From: Octopus vulgaris
Taxonomy: Eukaryota
Assembly: GCA_951406725.2 (NCBI GenBank)
Contig: OX597826.1
Span: 40,486,001-40,550,000, forward strand
DNA: 64,000 nt
Direction: 5' to 3'
Shown: one piece after another, positions 10,770 to 22,700 of the stretch
How the letters are laid out: every line of letters begins with the position of its first letter
Numbering within the stretch: position 1 is the stretch's first letter
The notes under the pieces: generated by a model
The model's database searches: none
What the model saw: only the letters and a program-made list of their open reading frames with translations
What the model was told of the DNA's origin: nothing
Made by a program: the position numbers and the translations under genes

Positions 10770-11850
10770 TTTTTATAAAGGATTCACGTAACTCTTCACA
10801 ATTGTAAACAGTCAAGACGAAGAGCACGATTCGATTGTAAGATATTTTATTAGTTGAACGATATTTCAACAGTACGTCTGTCTTTGTCAAGTTCAAAATA
10901 AGAAGTGATAAAAATTAAAAATTACAGAAATTTAAACGTAAAGTATGAACGAGAGCAACCAGCGTCCACACGTTGATGGAATGACCATCATCAGTTTTTA
11001 AGTTACAATTTTATAACAGGCGAAAAGAAAAAGACAGGAAAAAAACAGAAAAAAGAAGACGACAGGAAAAAGACAGAAAAAAGAAGACGACAGAAAAAAA
11101 GGAAAGAAAACGAGAGAAAGAATAATATTCAATCACACAGCTTTGTACAAGTTTGATGATATTTTCCTGTCATCTTATTCATTCCTCCAGGGCGTGATGT
11201 TAATAACCTCGCAAACATATTTCTCCTCATGCATTCTGAGAAGTGAAAGCGAAGTAGCTTCAGAATATTTTCTGAGAATATGCACATTCAAGTCTTCTTC
11301 AAAATTACAGCTACTTGAAACGAAATGTTCAGCAAGTTCTGTCGAACTACTGTTATTGTGCCTGACATCGAATCTGTGCCCATTAAACCTTTTGTTTAAT
11401 TGTTCTGTTGTGCAACCAACATAAATTAAGTTGTGTTTCGTGCATTCTGCAGCGTACACCAAATGGGAATCTTTACATGTTCCACCTTCTGTATAAATCA
11501 TAACATTTCTGTTATGATTTCTAATGGAATTCACTTCACACATGTTGTTGCACAGTGAACAGGGCTTACCTCTCTCGTGGTTCTTCTTTAATGTACAGCG
11601 TGTAGATACTCCAATGTTCGTTTTCTTGGAGTAAGATATAGAGGCCAATAATTCTCTTATATTTTTATTCCGTCTAAAGGCTACAATAGGCGGCTGAGGA
11701 AATATCTGTTTGAAGCGAGGATATTTTTTCGCTACATGCTGGTAACTTTCATGCAACACTTTCGAAATGCCAGCGAAATGTCGGTGCCAATTAATCACTA
11801 AAGATATTCTGTCATCTATTGTATTGCTTAAAATTATGCTCTCTTCTTCT
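10770..11850 (-). mobile_element. Penelope-like element 3' fragment (GIY-YIG domain plus pseudo-LTR)
   Basis: ORF 11175..11984(-) contains IFPQPPIVAFRRNKNIRELL, C..CSLC, TCKDSHLVYAAECTKHNLIYVGCTTEQLNKRFNGHR, ELAEHF; HHR downstream; ends at a (TAA)n tract. Confidence 0.88.
10854..10896 (-). ncRNA. Minimal type-I hammerhead motif with U3-A8 core covariation, at the 3' end of a PLE
   Basis: Minus strand: TTGAAC-TTGACAA-A-GACAG acgta CTGTT-GAA-ATAT-C-GTTCAA; 6-bp stem I, 5-bp stem II, palindromic stem III, AUC site. Confidence 0.75.
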
Positions 11851-12800
11851 CTGTCAAACCTTGCAGGGTATTGGTCATGAAGTGATTTCTCTCTCCATTT
11901 CTTCTTTAGTATGTTTTGTAGTTCTGTTTTCATGTTGTTGTTTGTTTCTTTGACCATTTCTGTTATGTTGTCATCTAAGGTCAATATATCGGTGTATTTT
12001 TTCCGTACTGTATTTTGTTGTCTCCTTGTGAATGCAGAAAATCGTTTTCTTTTTCTCGTGTTGCTTTATTACATGTAGTAGTCTTCCACTTTTTGTTTCG
12101 AAGTATTCTTCTAGTCCAACTGTTGTTATTTCATAGCAGTTTTCTATCTGCATTAGGTCACAGCCTCTTTTTGAGTGGGGTAAATATATTCTGTCTGCGT
12201 CTGCTTAGGAGTGGTAACTTCGGTATGCTGTTAATAGTTTCCTGACACTTGTGCCTAGGTTCCTCAATTCACTGATCTTCCTGTTTATAATGTTGAAACT
12301 GTAATTTATTATTGGTATGGCTAGTGTGTTTATCCCTATTATCTAAATTTTAGCATTGGGTTTAGTGTTTAATATTACTCTAACCCTTCTGTAATATTCA
12401 CTCCTAATTTTCTTTTTTATTTCTGTGTTGTATTTTAGCTGTTTTTTCCAATTAGATATTTGTTTATACGATTGTGGTCTAATTCTCTGATTTCTGTGTC
12501 TTTGTCGAGTGCAATGTTTTCAGTACTTATACATTAGCCCCTCCTCAGTGCCACTTTGGCATATTTGTCCAGTCCCATGCTCATCCCGTCTTTGCTGAAA
12601 CTATGGACAATTTTTAGATGGTTTCTCTGTTTCGTGGTATTTTTAGTGAAAATTCTAAAGTCATCCACACGGGAGATGGTTTATTGTTTGTCCATATCAT
12701 CTATAACCCATGATGATTTCATTTAACAAGCTTGTTAATGGGGGCAGAGAAAAGCAGAAAAGCAGGGGTGACAGCGAATTTACCTGGAAGATCCCACTTC
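11851..12800 (-). mobile_element. R4/Dong-type LINE fragment, frameshifted
   Basis: KWREKSLHDQY (cf. W..KPLHGQY), GLEEYF, and degenerate RT segments near 12500-12800; (TTA)n at 12809-12843. Confidence 0.75.
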
Positions 12801-12808
12801 TTATGGGC

Positions 12809-12843
<35 letters not shown>

Positions 12844-13904
12844 TCTTCGTAACACAGTGTAGGAAAAAATACACCGGGGTCTTTAGTTATCTGTCAAGTC
12901 GCAACAAGGGCCTCAGACAGATAATACTTCCCTTAACATGTGCTCTGTGTCTTTTTACAAGACATCAGTCTTGCATTTTACCTTAAACCTTGTAACAAGC
13001 CCCACATTCCCGTGTAGTGGGTGGGTGGGGGACCTTGGTACTAAATAATAGTTTATGTAACTTTTCAGTAATAATCCATCATTATGAGGTTCTATATATT
13101 CGAGCGTAATCTCCTCCACCAATACACAGTCAACATGTCAATATATCATATTATTTGCCCTATGTACTACGACACCAGACTGCTGCCAGGCATGCAGCAC
13201 ACCAGCTGTGTTGGTTTTGCTGCTTTATTTTTCATGCTAAATATTAGAGATACGCTTCCACATATCCAGTATCAGGAGAAGGACACTAAATAACGTTATC
13301 AATAATAATTATAATTGCCATCATTATATAAACAAAGGGTAAACACTAAACAACACAATTTAAGAACGTTCTCGAGTTTCAAAAATCAAAATAAAATTGG
13401 GTGATGTTAAAAAGAAACGAAATACAAAATATATATAAAAACATAATATCTCTCATATCAGCACATTATTGGATTTTTTTGTACTCTTTTTTTTTTACTT
13501 ACTTAATATGTTGGTAACATTAACTACTAAAAGATAATTGATTCTAGATAGACAATATGATCGCTGTACAGAAAACAAGAGATATGAATGATTTATATTT
13601 CATGCTAACTAAATCTTTAAAAAAATGCTACCATCACCAAAACTACCGCCGTGAGCACTACCACCACCACATCTAAAAAATCATATTAACTGATAATAAT
13701 CATTTTTAATATACACACAATACCACCAACAACAACATAAACAACAATAATAATTATTTCCGTTATAAGTACACGACATGAAATTTCGTCGAGGATGGCT
13801 AGTCGATTACATCGACCCGTGTGCCCAGCTGGTGTATATTTTATGAACACCGAAAGTATGAAAGGCAAAGTCGACTTCGGTGGAATTTGAACTCCAACAT
13901 TTAG

Positions 13905-14240
13905 TACCATGTAGTGGCTCTCATGGCTTTTGATCTTAACTAATTAGAAATATTGTCATGTACATTGTTTTGTCTTGGTATAAAAGATGGGTTACAGCAA
14001 ATATTCTGCTCAATACCACAGAGTTGCTTGTCTAACCCGTTGGCCTAACCCGTTGAGCATGTCTTTTAGAGGCTAACAATATGTGCATCTCTGGTGAGGT
14101 AGCATTATAACCATGTATAGAGAGGAATTCTTTGAGTTTGAATAATTCACCTCTGGAGGTGTGGGTGTTTTGTTCATCATCCTTAATACAAGCAATATTC
14201 AGGGACCTTTGAGCAGGAAGGGCTCCTCGACCTGAAGAAA
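13905..14240 (-). repeat. Dispersed repeat family B, partial copy
   Basis: Matches, inverted, the 53940-54500 copy (gtggctctcatggc..gatcttaact..ttgttttgtcttggtataaaagatggg). Confidence 0.85.
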
Positions 14241-14502
14241 ATGACGGCAGTCAATCTGAATTGACGTGAGTCGGAAAAGAAAAAGAACAAAATAATATGA
14301 CCACTTGTTTATCGGGAAATTTGTAAGTATGATTTTTTAAAATAGTTACACCAAATGTTCATCATTTTGAGCCACTCACCCAATAGGTATTTCTGCCAAA
14401 TGTGGCGAAAATACCTTCAGCCATTTTCCAGTTATTTTTGCAATCACACAAAGATAAGTAATTACATTACCCTGTTTTCGCTTACACTCACAGGGTAATA
14501 AT

Positions 14503-14715
14503 AGCCCTGATGCAGTACGAGGCAGTGGCTACCATGGCTTATCTTAACTGATTGGAAGTGTTATCATGTACGTATTTTATCTTGGCATAAAAGATGGGCT
14601 ACAGCAAATATTCAGCTCAATATCACAGATTTGCTTGTCGGTTGATTGACTTTTACCAGCTGAGCATGTTCTTTAGTGGCTGATGATATATGCATCTCTG
14701 ATCACGAGCAGAAGG
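14503..14715 (-). repeat. Dispersed repeat family B, partial copy
   Basis: gccctgatgcagtac..ggcagtggct..tgcatctctgatcacgagcagaag, same family as 55252-55640. Confidence 0.85.
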
Positions 14716-14759
14716 TAAAAAAGTGCATTGAGATGTTAGCTGAGTATGAGGCTTCAAAA

Positions 14760-15265
14760 TAACAGAAAAGTGGTATGAACACCCACCAGAGGCTATGATA
14801 GGGGATGAAAACTACAGTACTTGTGGGGGTTCCCATTATGACTAACCATATTATTGAAGCAAAAAGATTAGTTATGATTATAAATGACAAAATAAATATA
14901 TAGATGACAAATTAAACTGCGAAAGTTCATAGATTTTGAAATCCCTATAATTGCAGAGTCGATACCAGTGAAATTGAAAGAAATTGAGAAATATCAGGAT
15001 CTAGCCAGAGAGCTATAAGCAATGTGAAAGACTACACCAGCAATTATTCCTATGGTAATTGGAGTAGTTGACACAACACCCAAAATGCTACATGAAATAC
15101 TGATAGAGTGGAAATGAGACTCGCATTCGTGACCTACAAAAAAGCACCATCTTTCATTCTACAAGAATCCTAAGGAAGATTCTTGAGATTTGAGGAGACT
15201 TGTTGTCACCAACACTCAAAATAAAATTTCTGCTATTTAAATTAGCATGAAGAATGTTAATAGTA
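14760..15265 (+). mobile_element. R4/Dong-type LINE 3' fragment, degenerate
   Basis: Broken frames read IEKYQDLAREL, IIPMVIGVVDT, LQKSTIFHSTRILRKILEI*, typical of the RLE-domain C-terminus. Confidence 0.7.
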
Positions 15266-15319
15266 ATATTATGGTAATTTTATTTACGTTTCGACTTATT
15301 CACAACTACAAAATGAACA

Positions 15320-15620
15320 TGTAGAAAGAGTTGCTTTTAAGTCCATGTGTAACCCGCTACATGTTCAACAAAAAAAGACAAAATTCTTCGTAGACTCAAT
15401 GGCTACTTACTTCCAGTTCTTATCTCTGGAGGGGAGGAACGGATGGCGTAGTGATTTGAATGGTGCAGCATCAGTACCGTCCGCAGCTTAGTGCATTTGT
15501 ACTTCTCCACAATTAATGGGATTGATATTGCTAATGAAACTTTCGATCCTGTAGAAACTTGCACATGCAAGGTCAGTGGCAGTCACTTGCGGATACATAG
15601 ACGTTACATGTCTGTTTAGT
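15320..15620 (-). mobile_element. HERO-like (R2 superfamily) LINE remnant
   Basis: Minus-strand translation IRK*L...SIPLIVEKYKCTKLRTVLML..S...IRSSPPEIRTGSK*..SLRRILS...GYTW resembles the HERO motifs IRKWL, LVEEFKCTK, TGRKW, GRYTW as I recall them. Confidence 0.55.
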
Positions 15621-15689
15621 TGTCGCAGCCTGTATCAGTGCACAGAAAAGAAATACATGCGTACATATGCGTGTATGTGCATGCATACA

Positions 15690-16150
15690 TACATAAAACT
15701 TCTGTCAAATGTAAACATAACAGGCCAGATATTGTTGTTTGCGACAGAGGGGCAAAGGTAGGTCGGCTGCCTTGCAGATATAAATATCTGTTTGAAAATC
15801 GAAGAAAAAGAGGACATCTATGGACAACTGCTTCGAAACCTCCAGACTACGAATTCATATTCATACCAATAATAATTGGAGCACTAGGTTTTGTTAGTAA
15901 ATCAGTTTATCCAGATTTACTAACAAAGTTAGTAAATCTGGATAAACTGGGATTTTCAGAAAGAGAAATCAACCGGCTAATTCGTACATTATAAGTGCAA
16001 TCTGTGAGTGGAGAAGTCAAAATAAGCAAGACTTCTCTCAAGATTCAAATGTGAATATGTCTGTATTAACAACATCCCAATGATAGAGCCCTGTATCTTT
16101 GTTGGAAACCGGCTCCCTCCTCAGTTGAAGATTTATAATAATTAAAAATA
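15690..16150 (+). mobile_element. RLE-type (R4/Dong-like) LINE 3' fragment
   Basis: KCKHNRPDIVVCD, PDYEFIFIPIIIGALG, LDKLGFSEREINRLIRTL; same family as 8440-8885. Confidence 0.75.
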
Positions 16151-17100
16151 GAAGAGACATACACATACATAATTATATACATGACAGGTAAATTATATAC
16201 ATGACCTGCCACTCCTAGAAATTCGACTCAACAAATTATTCTCGATGTTGGCTTCAATGCTGCTAACTTCTTTGGATAGATATACTCTTATTATTCATTA
16301 ACTTTCTAATTTGCTTTTCACTAAACGGTCTATAATTTAGCTGTTCGATAAAATTAAAGCCCATCTTCCGCTAAATCTGTGTTCTATGTTTTGTATATTT
16401 ATTTTAACTCTTTTGTCCCATTATGATATTTATGATTTTTATCGTTTCTTAATATAGCACAAAATGTTTGGTTGACTTTGTTTGTTTGTTTCGCTCCGTT
16501 TTCAATATAATTTTGTTTGTAACAATTTCATTTTTCTGACACTTCTGTAATTTTTATATCGTACATATAAACTGGCCCTGGTGGCAAGTAAATGAAATTA
16601 TTATCATTATTTTCTGCACAGAATTTAAATATAGTGTGCATTCAGATAGAAATTATTGCCTGTAAAATGAAAAGGTCAGCTCAGATCGATATGAACTGAA
16701 TAAACATGCGCCAAAACTCTACTCTGTATAAATTATTGGTAAGATATTGAGATAAATGATTCGAGTTAAGAGAAAACTCTGAAAACAATACATGCATGTT
16801 TTTCTCCTTTATTTCTCCGTGGGGAAGGGGGTCCCATAATGCGGCAGATTAAAATCTAAAATGTTGCTGAAGATAAACAAAACGGCCGGCTCGTTTATAA
16901 TTGTTAGAGAAGAAAACATCAAAAAATTTGGCATAACTGATACTCTGAAACGATGTTTTCTTGAACAAAATGATATGAACTGCTTTCAGAGACAGTTTTT
17001 TTTTCTTTTTAGTTTAATCAATAATCAATAACTAATTTTGCTCACGCCAAATGACAGTAGGTTGTTATGAATTTTGAGAAGAAAATTTCCTTGAACTACA

Positions 17101-17316
17101 TATTAACAGTATTGAGTGACAGGTTAACAGCAATGTCTTAACATATGAAATGTAATGTGTTAACATATTAGACGCAGTGTGTTAATATATTTGCAGTAAT
17201 ATGTTAATTAGCAATAACGTGTTAACACATTAATAGTAATGCGTTGATTCTTTAACAGTAATGTGTTGCTACATTAACAGTGATGTGCTGACACTAACAA
17301 TAATGTATTAACACAT
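17101..17316. repeat. Diverged ~22-bp minisatellite
   Basis: About 9-10 imperfect units resembling ttaacagtaatgtgttaacaca. Confidence 0.7.
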
Positions 17317-17786
17317 TTCGTGTGACTAAAGCAGAAGACAACTAAGTTGTGGATGTTGACGTTGCCATTTGCCAGAAGCATAACTTATTCTATCGGTCAC
17401 TTTTGCCGAACCGCTAAGTTGCGGGGACTTAAACACACCAACGTCGGTTTTGTGAGATTCGACTTCACAAATTGTAATATCTCTGTTGTTATCTCTTCAA
17501 CCAATTTTATTGGAAATGAAATGACAAACTTAACAACACACTGAAGAATTGTCTACACAGTCGCTCGATCTGCAGCAAATAGCTGCCAAATTTCCTTCAA
17601 ATCACTGTTTACTGCCTTAAAAAAAGAACTCATACATATGTGTGTGTATTTATATGTAATATATATAGTATGGCACACTAGGCATAACAGCAACATGAAC
17701 TTCCAACCTGTTGTCTCTTGAGGTCTCTGGGTGAGACTTGGAGCCAACTTGTACAAATATAAAGCAAAAGTCAAACATAGAATGAT

Positions 17787-17945
<159 letters not shown>

Positions 17946-17965
17946 TGAGTGAATAACATTCCCAA

Positions 17966-18015
<50 letters not shown>

Positions 18016-18350
18016 TTTCGGGCAAGCTCTGCACTCTTTATACACAATACGACGCTAGCAAGGAGAGCGAACTCCTACTATCATCCAGCAGCTAACAGGA
18101 TTGCGGAACTAGCCTAGATTCGAACTATTTACCTCATTCTCAGCTGCACGCACCTGCGCAGGGGAGTGATGGCTAAGATCCGCTTCTGCCAGCGATATAT
18201 TATAAACAAAGTGACCATCGGTCACTGATTTGCAACAAGCAAGGTGTGCGCGGCTGAGGAGTAGCAACAAAAGAATGAGACTTCGATATTAGATAAATAG
18301 AGGATTATTTATATGTTATAATTTACAACAAACAGTAAAAGGTTGTCATT

Positions 18351-18410
18351 ATAGTACTCGGAGTTTCGAATGGCGAAGCGAAAAGCTACGATATATTCTC
18401 GACGGCTATT
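18351..18410 (-). ncRNA. Degenerate hammerhead motif (same family as the 19.9-kb pair)
   Basis: Minus strand: ATAG-CCGTCGA-GAAT..ATTC-GAA-ACTCCGAGT-A-CTAT; stems intact, two core substitutions; tail to ~18260 is homologous to 20010-20100. Confidence 0.6.
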
Positions 18411-18807
18411 AATGGCAACGGATGCTATGAAAAACCGTTAAATAAAAAGGAAGTTACTCTAATGGGTATAAAAAGAAAACAGAAAAAGCTAAAAAAAATA
18501 GACGCAACCATATTCTCACAATACATAGACATAAACCTCCTGTGTCCACATCTACATGCGAACACGCTCACACAAACATGTATATGTTGTTGCACATACA
18601 TACACACATATATGTGTATGTAAGTACTCATACACACACACACATCCACACAGACGCATGCAAGAATATATATGCGTGTAATAAATATGCGTTTAAATAT
18701 GTAAATCTGTACGCAACTTCATCCTCTTATACACATAAATGTTTACATGCATACACGTAACACAATGCATATATATTTAGACATTTCTACATATAAATAT
18801 ACGTATA

Positions 18808-18855
<48 letters not shown>

Positions 18856-19189
18856 TACATTCACACTCCTGCATACACACATATACATTTGTGTGTGTGT
18901 GTGTATGCACCTTGCAATCACATACCTAAACCTGCACAGATACAAACATATACATAACCGTATATATGAAGGGGACGTGTGCATGAAAGTCGCACATATG
19001 CACCGGACACAGTCTTACACAAATATACATACATATATATATACAGATATATACACAGGCACACGCATATACATATAAAATATATACATATACATATGCA
19101 CACATATATAAAATAAAAAATAAGAAATTATTGGAATTTAAAACATTGGAAAACTTGTGCAGAAACAAACTAAAAATGTGGATTCTATT

Positions 19190-19560
19190 CGTGATCTTGC
19201 GGGGCCAAAACTGTAACAGATATTTTGTGACATATGAGCATGATCCAAAAAGTTCAGTTCTTGAATTTAGACATGTAACGGGGTCCAAGGAACTTTTCTA
19301 AATCCTGTAGCTTTCGCCTTGTTCTTTTAAGAACTATATATAACTGGATAATTTGCTAGTTTTTCGTTTATTCCGGTGTCTGAAGCTTAAAGTGTGAGTG
19401 TTGAATCCTGCTTTGAAATTTGCCTTTGAGAGACCTACATATCTTTTGGATGAAACTGTATTACTGGCGTCCGTAGAATTTACGGTGGCTTCATAAATAA
19501 ATGATCTTGGTTCATACACGCTCCATTTGGCAGACACAAGTATATGTGCGGGTGTAGGTG
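19190..19560 (-). mobile_element. Penelope-like GIY-YIG remnant
   Basis: SFIYEATV...KRYVGLSKANFKAGFNTHTLSFRHR..TSKLSSYI then LNSRTELFGSC..TKYLL, typical of a PLE endonuclease C-terminus. Confidence 0.8.
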
Positions 19561-19753
19561 TGTAATGGGAGGGTATATATATATCGAAACGTAAAAGACT
19601 TTTTCTATTCCTGAGCGTTATACTAATACATCTGTTTGTTTTGTACACCACCTGTCTTCGTCCTTTTTTTCCGTAAACTCTCCCTATATATTCTGTTGTG
19701 TCTGGGGAAAGTCATTCTCTTTTAGTGCCTTATTATTTAACACACTCACCGGT

Positions 19754-19832
<79 letters not shown>

Positions 19833-19889
19833 ATATAATATAATATAATATAATATAATGTAATATGTAACAATTATTCGGTTGCTATT

Positions 19890-19948
19890 ATAAAACTCCG
19901 AGTTTCGAATGTCGCGGCGGAAATCTGCTCCGGCATCTCGTCAGTTAT
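19890..19948 (-). ncRNA. Minimal type-I hammerhead motif (left arm of inverted pair)
   Basis: Minus strand: ATAA-CTGACGA-GATG..CATTC-GAA-ACTCGGAGT-T-TTAT; canonical core. Confidence 0.75.
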
Positions 19949-19954
19949 TAGGAC

Positions 19955-20013
19955 AAACTAACGAGATGCCGGAGCAGATTTTCGCCCCGACTTCCGAGAC
20001 TCGGAGTATTATT
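19955..20013 (+). ncRNA. Degenerate hammerhead motif (right arm of inverted pair)
   Basis: aaa-CTAACGA-gatgccggagcagattttcgccccgacttcc-GAGA-CTCGGAG-TA-ttat; core mutated at two positions. Confidence 0.6.
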
Positions 20014-20116
20014 ACGGCATCCGAATAATTATCACGTATTATTTTACAGATAAATTCCTCTATTTATGTGATATCGAGATCTCCTTCATTCTTTTGTTGC
20101 CATACTACTACTATTA

Positions 20117-20184
<68 letters not shown>

Positions 20185-21027
20185 GTGTGTGTATGTATGG
20201 TATATGTATGTGTGCATGTATGTATGTATGTATGTATGTATGTATGTATGTATGTATGTATGTATGTATGTATAAAAGTCCATTCCTTGAAACAAAAACG
20301 GGATGATCAGGTTGGAGCGCCTTTACTCAGGCCTACTTTTATCAGAACTGGTCTAGATCTTGAAAAAACTTTTCTTGAAAAAACTTTTCAAAAGAATAGA
20401 AAAGTATTGAATCGAAATAAAGATAAGCTTTTAAGATTTATTTTGTTGCAACAAAAGAGGAGAAAATTATTTAGATTTAAAATGGAGAAACAAGATCCTA
20501 ATAAAATTAATGTAGCTGCTCCAGAACAGATAATTATTGTCATATGACATTTTATTTCAGTCATTATGAAGTGAGATACTCAACCAGAATAAACCATAGA
20601 TATCTTCTCATATGACTCGGGATATGTGTGTTTATTAAAGAACCTAGTGTATTTGTTATAATCTGGTAGTTAAATATGGCGATGTGAGGGTATTTCTGAT
20701 TGATTGCTTCATTTGTAAACAACGGAAGCTAATGTCAGAGGATAGTTAACATTATAAACAGAGTTGGTCATCGAACAGAAAGAAAAAGGTCACTTAAGAT
20801 GAAACTGAAAGAAAGTGACATAACAGAGTATTGGATTTTAAAACAGAGATTGAATAAAGGAAATCGTATTGAAGGTTAGATATAAGAGTAAATAGAGTAG
20901 ATATACACATCAGATGAACGTAAAATGATTTTTAAATGGTTAAACAAATGGTCTGTGTGTCTGTGTGTGTGTATGTGTGCGAGTGCGTCTGTGTATATTT
21001 AGATAGATAGATAGATAGATTAGATAA

Positions 21028-21106
<79 letters not shown>

Positions 21107-21108
21107 TG

Positions 21109-21447
21109 TTTCTTTATTAGCCACACAGGGCTGCACACAAACGGGACAAATTACAAGGTAGAGTTTTTCTTTTGGGGGATAAAAAAAGGGGGTTTGGTTT
21201 TCGATCAAAAGGGATCGTAAAAGGAAAGAAAGAGGAAAGCAAAAAAAGGAGGGGATAACAATAAAATGAAAAAGAAAAAATCGATCAATAGGGATCGTTA
21301 TCACAGAAATGTCAAATAAAAAGTGTAAAGGGGGGGACAGGTGAGGTTTACCCGTGGAAAGAAAAGCCTACGGAAAAGACCACGGTAACCTTGGTCAATG
21401 AAGTCACATGTTATTTTTTTTTACAAATAAGCAACTCTTTGTATTAG
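21109..21447 (-). mobile_element. Retroposon 3' end (probably L1/Tx1-type 3' UTR) embedded in (TAGA)n
   Basis: Pyrimidine-rich minus strand ending gtgtgcagccctgtgtggctAATAAAgaaa; (TAGA)n on both sides. Family assignment is from recall. Confidence 0.55.
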
Positions 21448-21450
21448 ATG

Positions 21451-21535
<85 letters not shown>

Positions 21536-21739
21536 GTAGGTAGGTAGGTAGGTAGGTAGGTAGGTAGGTAGGTAGGTAGGTAGGTAGGTAGGTAAGTAGG
21601 TAGGTAGGTAGGTAGGCAGGCAGACAAACAGACGGACTGACGGTCAAACAGGCAGCCAGACAGGTAGGCAGACAGATAGATAGTATTCTGCAGATACAGA
21701 AAATATGAAAGCGTAACTGGTTAGGACATGGTATACAGT

Positions 21740-22700
21740 TGTTAATACAAACAGATCAACGAAATGTCGAGTCCATCCCGAACTTCATATCCCTACCATT
21801 TGGCAAAGCTACACGTTTCTGTTGAAGGCAGAAAGCCGAAATATCAAGTGTATGGCAACACAAATAACCTCAAAGCCTTTTGCCCACAGGAAACGAAACC
21901 AACACTCCATAGCCGACAGCATTGCCGCTACTACCATCAGCACCACCACCACCTTTACAACAAAAGCAGCAGCAACAGGACCGAAACTAACAAAAGGTTA
22001 TTTTACAGCAGCACCTCCACCGCCACCAACAACAACAGCTACTTCAACAAAACACCAAAAACCTTCCCAGGACATACCTTTCCCCTCTTCGGGCCAATCA
22101 AACATGTCCTGCAGTGAAGGGGACGGTGAGAAGCCTAAATGGCAAACGGTCAAAGAAGGAAAAGAGGACCAAAAACACAAGAAACTGGCAGTGACGAACA
22201 AATGAAGGAGTTGCCTTTGAGCAAAATACTCAGACACCACCCCAGTCACAGCTACATCAACATTGTCAACATCATCCCGATCACTATCGCAACCACAACC
22301 ACTATCACAAGCACCAACACTACAAGCACAACCTAATTCACAAGCACAACTGTTTGAACACGAAGTGACGAGCAGCGTGACTAATTTCACCCAGAAATTG
22401 ACCGAGAGAAAGTTATCTCTGGAAGGTTGGGCTGAGTTGGTACATGCTTATATCGCATCCGTCATATGCTACACCTGACTGTTGTGCCCTGTTCCAGTTT
22501 CCGTCTGACCAAAGGGGAGCGCATACACTTCCGCTTTCTGTGGAAGACACGCGTTCCAATGGTCAAGCGCTCAGTTTGCTGTCAACAGCCTCTAAATGGA
22601 GGACTGGGCTTGCCGTGTCTGCTGTTGTGCAGACACGTGCTGAGGCTGCATCTTCAGCACTTTCTTGACGGTGAGCGAGTGTGGTCGCCATTTACGCTCT
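21740..22700 (+). mobile_element. L1/Tx1-like LINE remnant, internally deleted (ORF1 piece plus post-RT ORF2 piece)
   Basis: LHVSVEGRKPKYQVYGNTNNLKAFCP (decayed zinc knuckle); RKLSLEGWAELVHAYIAS..; FRFLWKTRVPMVKRSVCCQQPLNGGLGLP matches the L1-clade FLW...GGLG segment. Confidence 0.7.

Noticed and set aside
12985-13050. Possible HDV-like ribozyme (GC-rich ..ttcccgtg..ggggg..ctaa)
   Set aside because: I could not build the nested double pseudoknot by eye; needs a descriptor search.
15411-15548. Apparent host coding exon with AG/GT boundaries
   Set aside because: Peptide similarity to a HERO-like LINE continues past both splice sites and includes in-frame stops.
17101-17316. CRISPR-like array
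   Set aside because: Contiguous degenerate units with no unique spacers, in a eukaryotic context with no cas genes.
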